Source of the DNA: an uncultured Candidatus Entotheonella sp.
GTDB taxonomy: Bacteria; Tectomicrobia; Entotheonellia; Entotheonellales; Entotheonellaceae
Assembly (NCBI GenBank): GCA_965217185.1
Contig: OZ244252.1
Span: 384,001 to 448,000 of the forward strand
DNA: 64,000 bases
Direction of reading: 5' to 3'
In this document: positions 60,336 to 64,000 of the stretch, one piece after another
Layout of the letters: every line of letters begins with the position of its first letter
Position numbering within the stretch: position 1 is the stretch's first letter
Made by a program: the position numbers and the translations under genes
Notes under the pieces: generated by a model
The model's input: the letters and a program-made list of their open reading frames with translations, nothing else
What the model was told of the DNA's origin: nothing
Database searches by the model: none

Positions 60336-63300
60336 ATGACGACTCAACGATTCCGGAGATTCCTGCCCTTCGTCCTTGGTCAACGTATCCCCTACCGCTT
60401 TTTCACTTCCCTCATGCTCTTGGTTCTTATCCTCATGTGCCTGCCTGCACTTTCCAGCGCCCAACAGACCTGCCAGCCCGACGGCGATGTCAACCAGAAT
60501 GGAAGTGTGACCGCTGTGGATGCCCTGCTGGCCTTTCAACAGGCCTTGAGTCTGACCCAACTGGATGCGTGTCAGTTGAGCATCGCGGATGTATTCCCCT
60601 CACCACACGCACCCGACGGTAACGTCACTGCGTCGGATGCCTTGTGCATTTTCCAGAAAGCGCTTGGTTCGCCGTCCTGTTTTGACATCTTGCCGCCATC
60701 TAACCAACTGCCCATGGTCAGCGCCGGGGGCGATCACACCTGCGGGATTCTTGAAACGGGCGCCGTGGCATGCTGGGGCCTTGATGACGAGGGTCAGTCC
60801 GCACCGCCTGCGGGCACCTTCACCACGGTCAGCGCCGGGGCGGATCACACCTGCGGGATTCTTGAAACGGGCGCCGTGGCATGCTGGGGCCTTGATGACG
60901 ATGGGCAGTCCACGCCGCCTGCGGGCACCTTCACCACGGTCAGTGCCGGGGCGGATCACACCTGCGGGATTCTTGAAACGGGCGCCGTGGCATGCTGGGG
61001 CCTTGATGACGACGGTCAGTCCGCACCGCCTGCGGGCACCTTCACCACGGTCAGCGCCGGGGCGGATCACACCTGCGGGATTCTTGATACGGGTGCCGTG
61101 GCATGCTGGGGCCTTGATGACGAGGGTCAGTCCGCACCGCCTGCGGGCACCTTCACCACGATCAGTGCCGGGGCGGATCACACCTGCGGGATTCTTGAAA
61201 CGGGCGCCGTGGCATGCTGGGGCCTTGATGACGACGGTCAGTCCACGCCGCCTGCGGGCATCTTCACCACGATCAGCGCCGGGGCGGATCACACCTGCGG
61301 GATTCTTGAAACGGGTGCCGTGGCATGCTGGGGCCTTGATGACGACGGTCAGTCCGCACCGCCTGCGGGCACCTTCACCACGATCAGCGCCGGGGCGGAT
61401 CACACCTGCGGGATTCTTGAAACGGGCGTTGTGGCATGCTGGGGCTTTGATGACGACGGTCAGTCCGCACCGCCTGCGGGCACCTTCACCACGATCAGTG
61501 CCAGGGGCGGATCACACCTGCGGGATTCTTGAAACGGGCGTCGTGGCATGCTGGGGCCTTGATGACGAGGGTCAGTCCGCACCGCCTGCGGGCACCTTCA
61601 CCACGCTCAGTGCCGGGGCGGATCACACCTGCGGGATTCTTGAAACGGGCGTCGTGGCATGCTGGGGTCTTGATGACGAGGGTCAGTCCGCGCCGCCCGG
61701 TAGAGCGACTACTCCGGACCTGGTGGTAGCGTCGCCGTTGGTGAGCGACAGCAACCCGGACGCAGGGGCCTTCTTCACGTTCACGTTGAGTGCGACGGTG
61801 CGCAACGAAGGAGACGGGGCTTCGGCGGCGATAACGCTGCGCTACTACCGCTCGGCGGACGCGACGATCACGGCATCCGACACGGCGGTAGGCACTGATG
61901 CGGTAGCGGGGCTGGCCGCGTCGGGGACGAGCGAGCAGGCGATCTCGCTGACGGCGCCGTCCACCCCTGGGACGTACTACTACGGTGTGTGCGTGGACAC
62001 GGTAACGGATGAGTCGGACACGACGAACAACTGCTCGGCGTCGGTGCAGGTCACGGTACCGGAGCCGGAACGCCCGGACCTGGAGATGGGGACGCCGACG
62101 GTAGACGACGCGCGTCCGGAGACCGGGGCAACATTCACCCTGTCGGTGACGGTAAGCAACACGGGTGACGGGGAATCGTCGGCGACGACGCTGCGCTACT
62201 ACCGCTCGACGGATGCGACGATCACGACCTCGGACATGGTGGAGGGGACGGCCGAGGTAGGTGCGCTCGCGGCGTCTGGGACCAGCGAGCAGTCGATCTC
62301 GCTGACCGCGCCAGCGCCGGGCACGTACTACTACGGAACGTGCGTGGATACGGTGACGGACGAGTCCGACACCACCAACAACTGCTCGGCGCCGGTGCAG
62401 GTGGGTGTCGAGGCGCCGACGTACCCGGACCTGGAGATGGGGACGCCGACGGTGGACGACACGACTCTGGAGACGGGTGCAAGTTTCACGCTGTCGGTGA
62501 CGGTAAGCAACACGGGCGACGGGGAATCGTCGGCGACGACGCTGCGCTATTACCGGTCGACGGATGCGACGATCACGACCTCGGACACGGTGGAGGGGAC
62601 GGCCGATGTAGGTGCGCTCGCGGCGTCTGGGACCAGCGAGCAGTCGATCTCGCTGACCGTGCCAGCGCCGGGCACGTACTACTACGGAACGTGCGTGGAT
62701 ACGGTGACGGACGAGTCCGACACCACCAACAACTGCTCGGCGCCGGTGCAGGTGGGTGTCGAGGCGCCGACTACTCCGGACCTTGAGGTGGGAAAACCAG
62801 AGGAGAACGTCGAGGCGACGTACCCGGACCTTGAGGTGGAGACGCCGACGGTGGACGACACGACTCCCGAGACGGGGGCGAGCTTCACGCTGTCGGCGAC
62901 GGTGCGCAACGCGGGTGACGGGGAATCGTCGGCGACGACGCTGCGCTACTACCGCTCGACGGATGCGACGATCACGACTTCGGACATGGTGGATGGGACG
63001 GCCGATGTAGGTGCGCTCGCGGCGTCTGGGACCAGCGAGCAGTCGATCTCGTTGACCGCGCCAGCGCCGGGCACGTACTACTACGGAACGTGCGTGGATA
63101 CGGTGACGGACGAGTCCGACACCACCAACAACTGCTCGGCGCCGGTGCAGGTGACGGTGCCGGAGCCGCAGCCGGACCTGGTAGTGGCGGCATCGGTGGA
63201 AGACGGCAATTTGAACACGGACGACTCGTTCACGCTGTCGGCGACAGTACGCAACGTCGGCGACGAGCAATCTGTGGCGACGACGCTGCGCTACTACCGC

Positions 63301-64000
63301 TCGACAGACGTGGCCATCACCTCATCGGACACCGAGATCGGTACGGACGCGGTGGGGGAACTGGCCGCCTCGGGGACGAGCGCCGATTCGATCTCGCTGA
63401 CCGCGCCTTCGACGGCGGGCACGTACTATTACGGGGCGTGCGTGGACGCGGTGACGGACGAGTCGGACACCACGAACAATTGCTCGTCATCAGTGACAAT
63501 CGCTGTGGAGGAGGAGTCATCGGGGCAGCCGGACTTGAGGATCGTTGGGGTAATCGCGGTGACCTCTCTTGACGGCGTTTTTCCTGGAAGTCTCATCCAG
63601 TTATCAGCAACCGTCCGAAACTATGGAGACGCGAATTCGGATGCCACGACGTTGCGCTACTACCGCTCGACGGACGCAACGATCTCCGCGTTGGACACCC
63701 AGGTCGGCACGGACGAAGTTTCTGCGTTGGCCCCTTCGGTACAGGTTTCGGAGGGGATCGACCTGACCGCGCCGTCGCTGGCTGGCACGTACTACTACGG
63801 CGCCTGCGTAGACGCGGTGACCGGGGAGGCGGACACGACGAACAACTGCTCGTCGTCGGTGACGGTCACGGTGTCGGAGCCGCAAACCTCACCGGACCTG
63901 TCGGTGGGGTCGCCAACGGTGAACGACAGCAGCCTGGAGACGGGCGGGGCGTTCACGCTGTCGGCGACGGTGAGCAACGCGGGTGACGGGGAATCGTCGG
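60336..64000 (+). CDS. Large secreted repeat protein (dockerin-like EF-hand, 9 RCC1-like repeats, at least 7 CARDB domains), frameshift at 61503, runs off the window
   Basis: Signal peptide; GDVNQNGSVTAVDAL; repeat VSAGADHTCGILETGAVACWG; after an extra A the frame continues into PDL..TLRYYRS..GTYYYG.CVD..DESDTTNNCS domains. Confidence 0.85.
60717..61698 (+). repeat. Coding tandem array of nine 111-bp units
   Basis: Unit starts at 60717, 60828, 60939, 61050, 61161, 61272, 61383, 61494 and 61606; units are nearly identical. Confidence 0.95.

Noticed and set aside
60717..61698. CRISPR-like regular repeats
   Set aside because: The 111-bp units are contiguous and in frame, with no unique spacers and no cas genes; this is a protein repeat.

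Overview
GC-rich bacterial chromosomal window with about 50 genes. The content (ankyrin, NHL, RCC1-like and CARDB repeat proteins, LLM oxidoreductase, branched-chain ABC transporter) suggests a sponge-symbiont lineage such as Ca. Tectomicrobia, but this is inference only. Housekeeping and metabolic genes include NAPRTase plus NAD kinase, glmS, lpdA, tldD/pmbA, prlC, ppc, moeA, comA and a tungsten/molybdenum AOR-type operon. The main result is two probable selenoprotein genes that the ORF track splits or truncates at in-frame TGA codons: a probably exported rhodanese with a U-x-C active site (4892-5446, minus) and a UGSC-family protein (12376-12900, minus). Each TGA is followed by a SECIS-like hairpin with the same CAGUYUG apex. 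The UGSC gene ends a co-oriented ADH-comA-partner-UGSC cluster. Other notable elements are a DUF559 nuclease embedded in palindromic repeats, three GTAG-type REP copies, a nested MITE with a 7-bp TSD, an IS5 relic carrying palindrome insertions, a decayed tmRNA 3' end, a dif-like site, an ATPase/Toprim defence-like pair, tandem porin paralogues, and frameshifted repeat proteins. Start codons were moved from the ORF track by eye where an RBS or family N-terminus suggested it. All family calls rest on motif recognition, not database searches.
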